From Candidatus Latescibacterota bacterium (GTDB taxonomy: Bacteria > Latescibacterota > UBA2968 > GCA-2709665): 44,242 nucleotides of DNA. Shown here piece after piece: positions 8,742-17,164 of this stretch. Made by a program: the position numbers and the translations under genes. Location of the stretch: NCBI GenBank assembly GCA_963662665.2, contig CAXXJS010000043.1:1-44242 (forward strand), written 5' to 3'. The notes beneath the pieces were generated by a model. That model was given only the letters and a program-made list of their open reading frames with translations. It had not been told where the DNA came from and ran no database searches. Every line of letters begins with the position of its first letter. Within the stretch, counting starts at the first letter, position 1.

Positions 8742-8839
8742 CCTGTCAAGATGTCGTTCGAGGTATTGCACTATTGAATCTATCATCCGAGACAAAACCC
8801 CTGCACTTGCTTCCACTTCCCGAAGCATCCTGGCGCCGC

Positions 8840-11800
8840 TTACCCACTCGACCCAACCGGCTCGAAGAGGACGGTGTCGCCGACAACGTAGTCCACAATT
8901 TGAACCCAGGCCCCGGTCGCCAAATTCTGAAGCCGGTCGCCGTCACCTTTATTGGGGTCGATGTGAACGGAGGTCCGGACGCGGCCGGGCGGCCAGGACC
9001 CCTCGTTGCTCGCATTGGATATCAACGCCCAGTCGTCGTTCGCGCCGGTCTGGATCCGCGTACCGTTGAGGTTGCCGGACTTGGCCAGGATGTGAAAGCC
9101 GAAGTCGATCCTGCCGTCTTCGGCGGCGACCACCTTTGCACGCCCCAGGAGCGAGGTTACGTCCAGCGTGAGCCGATTGACTCGTACTCCCTCGCGCTCG
9201 GCGGCTTCAACGCGATAGGTGTGCGCCCGGCCGTCCGGGTTGACGGTGATGCGGTCACCCGCGGCGATGCCCTCCAGGCCTTCTACGTCAATCGTGCACG
9301 CGTCTCTGTCGAGGGCGACAATGCGGCCGGTTTGCCGGGCGCCGCCGACGGTGAGCGATGTCTCTGCGTTCTGGAACGCGGAAGCGCCCACGGTAGATAT
9401 TCGCCCGTCAACCACGGCCGCGAGCGCGCCCTGCAACGTTACGCCGTCATCGAAACGCGTGTGTTCGCCGGGATCCGCGTCGGGCGCCCAGTATAGCGCG
9501 ATTTCCCTGCCCCGCGCGGTGGTGAGCCTGACGCCGGTGGCGGTGGGAGACGGGGCGGTAACGGCGACCGCTTTGGCGATGGTGGGTTCGCCGGTTCTGG
9601 GTTCGAAGACGAGGTCGACGCAGGTGGTATCGTTTTGAGGCGTCCGTCGCCAGATGACGGGCTCGTAGAGGTAGTTGGACGTTTCGGGGGTGCCCATCGC
9701 CTGCGCCGCGCGGGTTGTGAACAGGCGGGCGCCGTCGGTGACGTTGAACTGATAGAGGTCCAGGTGTACGTCGGGTTCGGTTTCCGATTGCCACGCCCCG
9801 CTGAAGGCCGCCGGCGCCAGGCCGGTCGACACGTTGTCCATGTAAGCGAGAGCGGTATGGTCCGGGTGCGGCAGGTTACCGGTTTGACCGCGTGCGATAT
9901 GGGCGCCCGCAACCGTACCGGTTTGAGGCTGAAGTCCAGCGTTGTCCGGCCTGAAGACGCCTTCAAGCCCGCGGCAAGTACGCCAGTGTTCCGCGCCTCC
10001 CGTGATCCTGGAGAGGTCGAGGAGGGCGACGCCGTCGCCGTCGGTTTCCACCAGGGCGATGAGGCGGCGGAACGTAACGCCGAGCCTGCGCCAACCGCGT
10101 CCCGCGTGGTGCGCCCATCGGTGCGCCTCGACGTCCAGCGCCTGGACGCCGTCCGTAAAGAGGCTCCGCACCAGGCCCCCGCGGCCGGCGCTGACCGGTT
10201 CCCCCGGAGGCAGGTCGGACCAGACGGTGTTGTGGGTTGCCCAGTGGGATTCCCAGGGAGACATGCTGGCCCAGGACTGGGGATATCCCAGATCGGTCAG
10301 AAACGGGCGCTCGAACGCGAACAACTGGACGTCCAGAAGGTCCCGGTGGCGGTGGTGGAGCGTATCTCCGTAGACGATCCCGGCGGCAGCGCGCTCGGGC
10401 GCCTCGGCTGTGCGGAGAATTGCGATGCCGACGCCGTCGTGGACAGTGGGTCCCAGTGCCAGGTGCCGTCTGCTCCGGACTGCGGAGCGGATCTCTTTTA
10501 CCCGCGGGTGATCGGTGAAGGCTACGGCGCGGTCCAGAAGATCGGGATCCATGGGCGGATGGAAGAGGTCGTTTTCAAGGCGGATGGTGTCCTCTCCCTT
10601 GAAGCCCGCGGAACCGGGGGCGGATCCATCGCCGAACTGGAAATAGGATTTGCCGGCCATGGTGATCTCGTGCAGGGCGCGGGGAACGTGTGCGCCCCGC
10701 CGATCGTCGAAGAGGGATGGGTAGTCAGATTCCGGGTAGGCTTCGGGTTGCAGGGCACGAAGGTTTCGGAGGTGATGCTCCAGGTCGAACAGCCCGTCGC
10801 TGTGAATCGAGTTGTAGCCTCCCGTGGCCTCCTGGGGCGTACCGTCCGGGAAGAAGTCGTTGGTGGTGAAAACCCGCAGCGTGTCCGGCCCTTCATCGTA
10901 AATCCAATCCATCACGTCCCGCGCGTCGGGGCGGTCCAGACAGCGCAGAATACTGAACGCCCCCTGGCTCTCTCTGGGAAGGTTGCTGCTCGCGCCACGG
11001 TCCAGCGTGACCTGGAGCAGACAGGCCAGCATTTCTTCCGTGAGTTGACAGGCATCTTCGGGAGTCTGAACGGAAAGGCCCATCGATTGGGCGCGTTTGA
11101 CGAGTTCCCCGTCTTCACGCATCAGCGGCCAGACCGTATCGTATGCCAGTGCGAGGCTCGCTATCAGATACGGGGTGTCGATGCTGTAACGAATGCTGCC
11201 CTTGGCGCGGAGCGCCTGAACCGGGTCCGACTCGTCCGCCCAGTCGGTCTGACCCCAGTCCCAGGGTTCTTCCACCCCCTTCGAGGGGCCGTATCGGAAC
11301 TGGGGGACGGAGGCCACATAAAGCTCTTCCTCTGCATAGCGAAGCAGTATCAACCCCAGCTGCCGCGCGCGGGATTCATCGAACCCGCCAACGCGCAGGG
11401 CGTTAGTCAGAGCGCCGATTCCCGAATGGAAGCTGCGGCATTGATCCCGGTGATAGGTGGCTGCAAACAGATAGATGTGACCCTCGGCGTCGAAATAGCC
11501 GTACCCGTCGTCCGGACATTCGCCCGAAATATAGTCGTCGTCCGTCAGGTCGTTGCTGGGATAGACCGAAGCGCAATTGGGGCACTCGGACTTGAAATCA
11601 CAGGGAAGGTGGTTGCGAACCCAGGGATAAAAGCCACTGTGTTTGAATATCGCCGTACCGCAGTTCGGACAACCCTGGTGGCAGTTGGCAAAGTGCGCTT
11701 TGGGCATTTCCGCGCCAGGAAGCTGCGACCAGACGGTTTCGTCGGGCTGGGACGACCACCAGGCGGCGGTTTCTTCGTTTACGCGATCGGATACGGGTTC

Positions 11801-12157
11801 GTCCTGCAGCGTCTGCCGGGTCTTTGCCGGTTGGTAGTCCTTCTCCATGGGCCAGCGGCGGGGCCACCACGCGCCGTTGTAGACGTGCGGCCGGCGAAGG
11901 TCGTCCAGCGTTCGGACGCTGATGGCGGCTTCCGCGGTCTTGCCGCCGTGTGTGGCGCGCAGGGTGTATTCTCCGGCCTGGCCGGGAGACCGCAGATAGT
12001 GGTAGACCGCCCCGTCCCGTTCGGACCACCTGGTGGCGATCCGTTCGAAATAATCCGCCGAAAGCGCGACGTCGGCGTCCGGCGCCTGAACCGGGAGGCG
12101 GAAGCTGCGCCCAGGCAGAATGACCCTGGGCCGCCAGGGTATGGCAGGATTGGACAT
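8840..12157 (-). CDS. Heparinase II/III-like polysaccharide lyase-family protein
   Basis: AGGAGA RBS before ATG 12157. E-x-x-GGYN, FGD, HRHRDLL (HxHxD), DLGYP and HNTV motifs. Two CPNC motifs near the N-terminus. Confidence 0.75.
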   Translation of the reverse strand: MSNPAIPWRPRVILPGRSFRLPVQAPDADVALSADYFERIATRWSERDGAVYHYLRSPGQAGEYTLRATHGGKTAEAAISVRTLDDLRRPHVYNGAWWPRRWPMEKDYQPAKTRQTLQDEPVSDRVNEETAAWWSSQPDETVWSQLPGAEMPKAHFANCHQGCPNCGTAIFKHSGFYPWVRNHLPCDFKSECPNCASVYPSNDLTDDDYISGECPDDGYGYFDAEGHIYLFAATYHRDQCRSFHSGIGALTNALRVGGFDESRARQLGLILLRYAEEELYVASVPQFRYGPSKGVEEPWDWGQTDWADESDPVQALRAKGSIRYSIDTPYLIASLALAYDTVWPLMREDGELVKRAQSMGLSVQTPEDACQLTEEMLACLLQVTLDRGASSNLPRESQGAFSILRCLDRPDARDVMDWIYDEGPDTLRVFTTNDFFPDGTPQEATGGYNSIHSDGLFDLEHHLRNLRALQPEAYPESDYPSLFDDRRGAHVPRALHEITMAGKSYFQFGDGSAPGSAGFKGEDTIRLENDLFHPPMDPDLLDRAVAFTDHPRVKEIRSAVRSRRHLALGPTVHDGVGIAILRTAEAPERAAAGIVYGDTLHHRHRDLLDVQLFAFERPFLTDLGYPQSWASMSPWESHWATHNTVWSDLPPGEPVSAGRGGLVRSLFTDGVQALDVEAHRWAHHAGRGWRRLGVTFRRLIALVETDGDGVALLDLSRITGGAEHWRTCRGLEGVFRPDNAGLQPQTGTVAGAHIARGQTGNLPHPDHTALAYMDNVSTGLAPAAFSGAWQSETEPDVHLDLYQFNVTDGARLFTTRAAQAMGTPETSNYLYEPVIWRRTPQNDTTCVDLVFEPRTGEPTIAKAVAVTAPSPTATGVRLTTARGREIALYWAPDADPGEHTRFDDGVTLQGALAAVVDGRISTVGASAFQNAETSLTVGGARQTGRIVALDRDACTIDVEGLEGIAAGDRITVNPDGRAHTYRVEAAEREGVRVNRLTLDVTSLLGRAKVVAAEDGRIDFGFHILAKSGNLNGTRIQTGANDDWALISNASNEGSWPPGRVRTSVHIDPNKGDGDRLQNLATGAWVQIVDYVVGDTVLFEPVGSSG

Positions 12158-12276
12158 GGCAAGGTCTCCTGGAAGTGTGGAAATGCGGTCGGAGAAACGG
12201 CCGGATGCCGCTTTCCGGCCTAACGGCACGTTGAAAAAGCCCATCCAGGCTGCAGAGCGACTTTATCAACGGACTG

Positions 12277-13113
12277 TTATACCGCCATTTTGGCCTTGAC
12301 AGCGGCATGGCAGCGGTAGTTGATTAGCTGGAAGTCGTCGTAGGCGAAGTCATCGATCGCGTTCTGGCCGCGGTCCTCTATACGAAGGTGCGGGAGCGGA
12401 AACGGGACGCGGGAAAGCTGCTCCGCCACCGCGTCCAGGTGATTAAGATAGATGTGCGCGTCGGCGAGAGTATGGATGAATTCGCCGGGTTCGAGCCGGG
12501 TAATTCTCGCGACCATGTGCAACAGGAGCGAATAGGAGGCGATGTTGAGCGGGACCCCGAGAAACATATCGCAGGAACGCTGGTACATGAGAAGGGAGAG
12601 ACGCCCTTCCGCAACGTAAAACTGGAAGAAAGAATGGCAGGGAGGCAGGGCAACGTCTTCGGGCGCGACTTCGGCGGCGTTCCAGGCGTTCACGATCAGA
12701 CGCCTGGAGTCGGGGTTGTTTCGGATCAGGTTGATTGCTTCCTGCAACTGGTCGACGGTCCGCCCCGCTCCGCGCCAGCGGCGCCACTGGGCGCCGTAGA
12801 TACGTCCCATCGAGCCGCTGTTCCCGCGCAGACCCTGGCGGTCCAAATAGTCCTGGTAATTGCCGTCCCAGAGCTTGTTGTGGGGATAGATCTCCTTGAG
12901 ATCGTTGATATTGTCAGAACCGGAGATAAACCAGAGAAGCTCGGATAGCATGGATTTCCACACGAGCTTTTTCGTGGTGACGGCGGGGAATCCGTCTCTC
13001 ATATCGTACCGCGCCTGGAGGCCGAAACAGGAAATCGTCCCCACGCCGGTCCGGTCCTCTTTCCTGACGCCGTGGTCCAGGACATATTGAAGCTGACCGA
13101 GATATTGTCTCAT
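12277..13113 (-). CDS. thyA: Thymidylate synthase
   Basis: DRTGVGT, FPAVTTKK, ELLWF, ALPPCH, YQRSCDMFLGVPLNIASY, DAHIYLNH. Confidence 0.97.
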   Translation of the reverse strand: MRQYLGQLQYVLDHGVRKEDRTGVGTISCFGLQARYDMRDGFPAVTTKKLVWKSMLSELLWFISGSDNINDLKEIYPHNKLWDGNYQDYLDRQGLRGNSGSMGRIYGAQWRRWRGAGRTVDQLQEAINLIRNNPDSRRLIVNAWNAAEVAPEDVALPPCHSFFQFYVAEGRLSLLMYQRSCDMFLGVPLNIASYSLLLHMVARITRLEPGEFIHTLADAHIYLNHLDAVAEQLSRVPFPLPHLRIEDRGQNAIDDFAYDDFQLINYRCHAAVKAKMAV

Positions 13114-13159
13114 GCATATACCTGTACAGATAAGCATTCGGCTGCGATCGGTCGCTAAT

Positions 13160-13312
13160 GAGCGGAGAGAGGGTAGAGGTGAGTCACGGTAGAAGAGGTC
13201 TTTGCCCGGTTGGTTCTTCCTTTTTTGCCTTCGGCAAGAAATGAAACCGCTCGGGCACTCACATCATCTCCCGTCTACCGGCTTACGCCTCACCGCATCT
13301 ACTCCGTCTCTC
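13160..13312 (+). ncRNA. Candidate rod-shaped structured RNA at the folA-thyA junction
   Basis: Nested helices CGGAG/CTCCG, GAGG/CCTC, GTGAGT/GCTTAC, CGGTAGA/TCTACCG, GCCCGG/TCGGGC, GGTT/AACC, TTTTTTGCC/GGCAAGAAA. G-U pairs favour the plus strand. Confidence 0.4.
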
Positions 13313-13762
13313 ATACACGAACAGGGTAAATCCGGCGTGTTCTTCTTCTATAGTCAGTCGCCATTCGCTTTCGTCGAAATCGGGGAAGAACGTGTCGCCG
13401 TCATAGTCTCCTTTGATGCAGGAGAGATACATCCTGTTCGCGAGGGGAATGGACTGCCGGTAAATTTCCGCGCCGCCCGCGCTGAAAACGGGTTTTCCGA
13501 AGGACCTCGCTTTTTCGAGCGCTTTTTCAAAGGTGCGACAGACGTCCACACCCCCGGTTTCAGGGAATGAACGGCTGACGACGACGTGGGGGCGATTCGG
13601 CAGGGGCCTGCAGCCGATCGATTCAAAGGTTTTGCGCCCCATGATGAGAACGCCGCCCGTGGTGATTTTCTTGAACAGACGGAGTTCCTCTGGTACATGC
13701 CACGGCATCGTATTGTCCTTACCGATCACTCCGTTGTCCGACATGGCGGCGATCACGGTCAT
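13283..13762 (-). CDS. folA: Dihydrofolate reductase
   Basis: IAAMSDNGVIG..MPW, IMGRKTFESIG.RPLPNR, GGAEIY, GDTFFP. Confidence 0.95.
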   Translation of the reverse strand: MTVIAAMSDNGVIGKDNTMPWHVPEELRLFKKITTGGVLIMGRKTFESIGCRPLPNRPHVVVSRSFPETGGVDVCRTFEKALEKARSFGKPVFSAGGAEIYRQSIPLANRMYLSCIKGDYDGDTFFPDFDESEWRLTIEEEHAGFTLFVYERRSRCGEA

Positions 13763-15102
13763 AGATGCCTCGGCGAGTCGATATCCAGCAGCTGCGGTAC
13801 CGCCGTCGTGCGCCCGATGAGATCGTGATCGAGCGAGTCGGTAATTTCAACGTCCGTGAATTGGCCAACCTGCGCCTCTCCGGATATAAAGACTTCCCCG
13901 TCGATTTCGGGAGCGTCCATACGCGTACGTCCGACATAGTCGTAGGCCGGATCGTCCGATGGGCGGTCGACCAGCACGCGGAGGTTCCGGCCTACGCATT
14001 CGGCGGTGATTTCGGAGGAGATGACGGCCTGAAGGCTGAGGATCCGGTCCAGCCGATCCCGCTTTTCGTCCTCTGGAACGTCGTCCTCCAGCCGGCCGGC
14101 GCGGGTGCCCTCCTCGTGCGAGTAGAGGAAGCCGACCAGTCGATTGAAGCGGATTTCCTCGATAAACTCCAGAAGCTCCTGTACGTGTTCCTCTCTTTCA
14201 CCGGGAAACCCGGCGATCACGGAGGACCGGAGAGAAAGATCGGGCACCCGTTCGCGGAGTTTTCCGATCAAGGCACGCGTGTTTTCAACCGTCGCCCCGC
14301 GATTCATCGCTTTCAGCATTGCATTGGAGGCGTGCTGGACGGGCATATCCACGTATGCGCAAAGCTTGTCCTCACGCGCCAGGAGGTCGATCAGGTCGTC
14401 GCGCCAGCCCGTGGGGTAGGTGTAAAGCAAGCGGATCCACTGGAGGCCGTCGATTCGGACCAGTTCGCGCAAGAGGTCCGCCAGACGGGGACTGCCGTAA
14501 AGGTCGGCGCCGTACCTCATGGTATCCTGGGCGATAAGCGCGATCTCTTTTACTCCGCCGGCGACCATGCGCCAGGCTTCGGCGACCAGGACCTCGATGG
14601 ATTCGCTGCGGTTTGCGCCCCTGATGCCCGGGATGGCGCAGAATGCGCAGGTCCGGTCGCAGCCGTCCGAGATGCGCAGATACGCCCAGTGGTTGGGGGT
14701 GAGCAGGTGTCTGGCGCCTTCTTCCCGATAGACTCTGGGACGCGAGATGCCCAGCACACGGTCGCAATGTGAGACGATCTCGCTTTCACCCGCCAGACCG
14801 ACGATAAGGTCCGCCTCGGGAATTTCCGCTTCGAGTTCCTGCCGATAGCGTTCGGCCAGACACCCCGTGAGAATCAGCGCCTTGCAGTTGCCGGTTTCCT
14901 TGTAGTCCGCGGCTTCGAGGGCGGTTGCGATGGACTCTTCTTTGGCCGGTTCGATAAAGCCGCAGGTGTTCACAACGATAATGTCCGCTTCATCCGGTTC
15001 GTCGGCCACGTCGTAGTCGTTGCATTCCAGCAACCGGTGCATGCGTTCCGAGTCGACGGTATTCTTCGGACATCCGAGCGTTATAATGTTTACCGACGGC
15101 AT
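13759..15102 (-). CDS. rimO: Ribosomal protein S12 methylthiotransferase RimO
   Basis: LGCPKNTVDSE, NTCGFI, radical SAM motif CDRTCAFC, IAQD, DAPEIDG TRAM domain. Confidence 0.93.
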   Translation of the reverse strand: MPSVNIITLGCPKNTVDSERMHRLLECNDYDVADEPDEADIIVVNTCGFIEPAKEESIATALEAADYKETGNCKALILTGCLAERYRQELEAEIPEADLIVGLAGESEIVSHCDRVLGISRPRVYREEGARHLLTPNHWAYLRISDGCDRTCAFCAIPGIRGANRSESIEVLVAEAWRMVAGGVKEIALIAQDTMRYGADLYGSPRLADLLRELVRIDGLQWIRLLYTYPTGWRDDLIDLLAREDKLCAYVDMPVQHASNAMLKAMNRGATVENTRALIGKLRERVPDLSLRSSVIAGFPGEREEHVQELLEFIEEIRFNRLVGFLYSHEEGTRAGRLEDDVPEDEKRDRLDRILSLQAVISSEITAECVGRNLRVLVDRPSDDPAYDYVGRTRMDAPEIDGEVFISGEAQVGQFTDVEITDSLDHDLIGRTTAVPQLLDIDSPRHL

Positions 15103-15235
15103 AAGATCCTCCAGAACACGGCCGATGACGGATGGATTTCATCGATTCCGTCCCCGTGGCCGCGGCGCTTGCAGAAAAATCGTCGATGCGGCGGATTTTG
15201 TCAAGGGGAAGATGGTTGCAAATCGCGGATCCCGT

Positions 15236-16462
15236 ATGAAAAATCTGATCTTTCAATGCATCACGGCCGGCGGGCTCTTATTGCCGGCGGGCGTTCTGCC
15301 CCTGGCCGCACAGGAGACGGCAATGGACTTCGAACTGTCGCGCATCGATAGCGGCGTCGCATCGGTCAGCCCTTTCTGGGGCTACAACGCGGCCAAGCTC
15401 GTGTTCGACGGCGAGCATTTTTACACGATGGGCCGGTGGGGGCCTCACAAGGATACCGGGACCGGCGTTGTGTACCGCAAGGGACGCGACGGCTGGGAGG
15501 AGTACGTCAATCTGGACGGGCTTCATCACCAGCCGGGAATGTTGCTGCTGGATGCGAAGCAACGCATGGTGATCGTTCACGCGAGAATCGGCGCAGGGCC
15601 GCGGATAGCACACCAGCGCCGGCGCGGCAGCCCGCGCGGTTTCACGGAGATTGCGCTGCCGGGCGGATTGGATCGCGCCGGATATATCGGGGCGGCAATG
15701 GACGGGAACCGGCTTATCCTCGGGTACATCGGGGCGCCGGGGCAATACTCGTTCAACGTGGCCTGGGTCGACCTGTACACAGAGACATGGTCCGGGCCCT
15801 TTCTGCTGGCCAGGGAACAGCGGTCGAAGGAACCCTGGACAACGTGGCTGTACCCGCTGATCGTGCCCGAAGATGACGGCTTTCATCTCGTTGTGAGCAA
15901 CAACGCCTATCGCAGCCCGTATTACAACCGGATCAGCTACCTCTTCGTTCGGTTCGACGATCCCACGTCCTCCGTCGCGGAAGTCGTTTCGGAGGTGTTC
16001 CCATGGACGGGAAATCTGGCCTTCGCCCAGGCAATCTGGCGGGCGGCCGACGGAACGATGTTCGTAACGGCCACGCACCGGCCCGATGGCGCGAAGAATC
16101 AACTTCTACTCTACCGGCGTGATCCCGGTACGCGCAGGTGGGAAGCGGAAACCGCAGGCCGCGCGGGAATCGCCGCGGTTTTTGAAAACCCTGCGCGGCC
16201 CGGACAGATGTGGATGTCGAGTACCTCGGGTCCGGCCCTCCGGCTGTACCTGGGAGAAGACGGTGGCCGAAGATGGTCCGCGGTGGCTCTGGATAACTTC
16301 AAGGGGTACGGACTGAGGAACACCTTTTTCCTCTACGGTATCACTCCTGCCAGCGGGAGCCTGATACCCGACGAGCCCTGTGCGGTGTTCAGCAGCGGCG
16401 TCAACCCTAACCTGGAATTGTGGTTCGTGCGTTTCCACACTTCGGGTTGGCGTACCCGGTGA
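15236..16462 (+). CDS. Secreted hypothetical protein, probable beta-propeller (BNR/sialidase-like)
   Basis: Signal peptide (MKNLIF...LPLAAQ). Beta-strand-rich. EDGGRRW resembles an Asp-box. Confidence 0.6.
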   Translation: MKNLIFQCITAGGLLLPAGVLPLAAQETAMDFELSRIDSGVASVSPFWGYNAAKLVFDGEHFYTMGRWGPHKDTGTGVVYRKGRDGWEEYVNLDGLHHQPGMLLLDAKQRMVIVHARIGAGPRIAHQRRRGSPRGFTEIALPGGLDRAGYIGAAMDGNRLILGYIGAPGQYSFNVAWVDLYTETWSGPFLLAREQRSKEPWTTWLYPLIVPEDDGFHLVVSNNAYRSPYYNRISYLFVRFDDPTSSVAEVVSEVFPWTGNLAFAQAIWRAADGTMFVTATHRPDGAKNQLLLYRRDPGTRRWEAETAGRAGIAAVFENPARPGQMWMSSTSGPALRLYLGEDGGRRWSAVALDNFKGYGLRNTFFLYGITPASGSLIPDEPCAVFSSGVNPNLELWFVRFHTSGWRTR

Positions 16463-16596
16463 CCGCGTGCGGGGGGAACCCACGCTCACGGGAACGTGGG
16501 CGCGGTGCGCGAATTGGCAACATGCATCTGCGGGAAAGCCCGGCGAACAAGGGGTGCCGTGCAGGTGTTGAAGGAGGTGCGAATACGGGTTCTTTC

Positions 16597-16624
16597 TTGA
16601 CAAGTTCCGTCTGATGGATATATT
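16597..16624 (+). promoter_or_regulatory. sigma70-type promoter for rpmB
   Basis: TTGACA (16597-16602)-16 bp-TATATT (16619-16624). Confidence 0.6.
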
Positions 16625-16634
16625 TATGCCGCAA

Positions 16635-16733
16635 GGAATTCTTGTGTCACCGTAAAGTCGGATGGCATTACGGGGTGTGAAAGCGGGGCGGTTTCAACTT
16701 CAATTTGACTCGGACAACTCAATCAGGAATTCC
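16635..16733 (+). promoter_or_regulatory. Structured 5' leader of rpmB
   Basis: GGAATTCTTG/CAGGAATTCC closing stem; inner TGTC/GACA, AGTCGGAT/ATTTGACT and TGAAA/TTTCA. Ends immediately before the AGGAGG RBS. Confidence 0.45.
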
Positions 16734-16747
16734 AGGAGGGTTTGGAC

Positions 16748-16939
16748 ATGGCAGCCAGATGTGATATCTGCGGAAAGGGGCCGATGGTCGGCAATCACGT
16801 CAGCCACGCCAACAACAGAAAGAAACGGCGATTCAATCCCAATCTCAGGCGGGTGCGCGCGCTGGTAGACGGAACTGTGCGAAGGGTCAAGGTCTGTACC
16901 AAGTGCATAAAACTCGGCCGCGTGAATAAAGCCGCGTAA
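16748..16939 (+). CDS. rpmB: 50S ribosomal protein L28
   Basis: [33 protein letters not shown]...VCTKCIK; AGGAGG RBS. Confidence 0.97.
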   Translation: MAARCDICGKGPMVGNHVSHANNRKKRRFNPNLRRVRALVDGTVRRVKVCTKCIKLGRVNKAA

Positions 16940-17022
16940 GGAATTTACGGAGTCGTCAGGTGGACGCTGACAGTTCACCGGCATGAGTTCGGGGAATGCC
17001 GGCAGGGGAATCCGGCCCGGAA

Positions 17023-17060
17023 AAACTCACCTTTTGTTTCAAGGTGGGTTTTTTTATTTT
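17023..17060 (+). terminator. Intrinsic terminator after rpmB
   Basis: ACTCACCTT-loop-AAGGTGGGT followed by a T tract. Confidence 0.75.
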
Positions 17061-17164
17061 ATTGACGTTACAGCCACGCCCCGGGGGTGAGAGCGGCCCC
17101 GGGAATGCAACTGCATGGGCGGTACGGTTATTCGACACGACGTTGTCGACGGGACACGCTTTTA

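Noticed and set aside
9635-12223. 862-aa plus-strand ORF
   Set aside because: Antisense shadow of the heparinase-like gene. It has no motifs, and long shadows are expected at high GC with biased codons.
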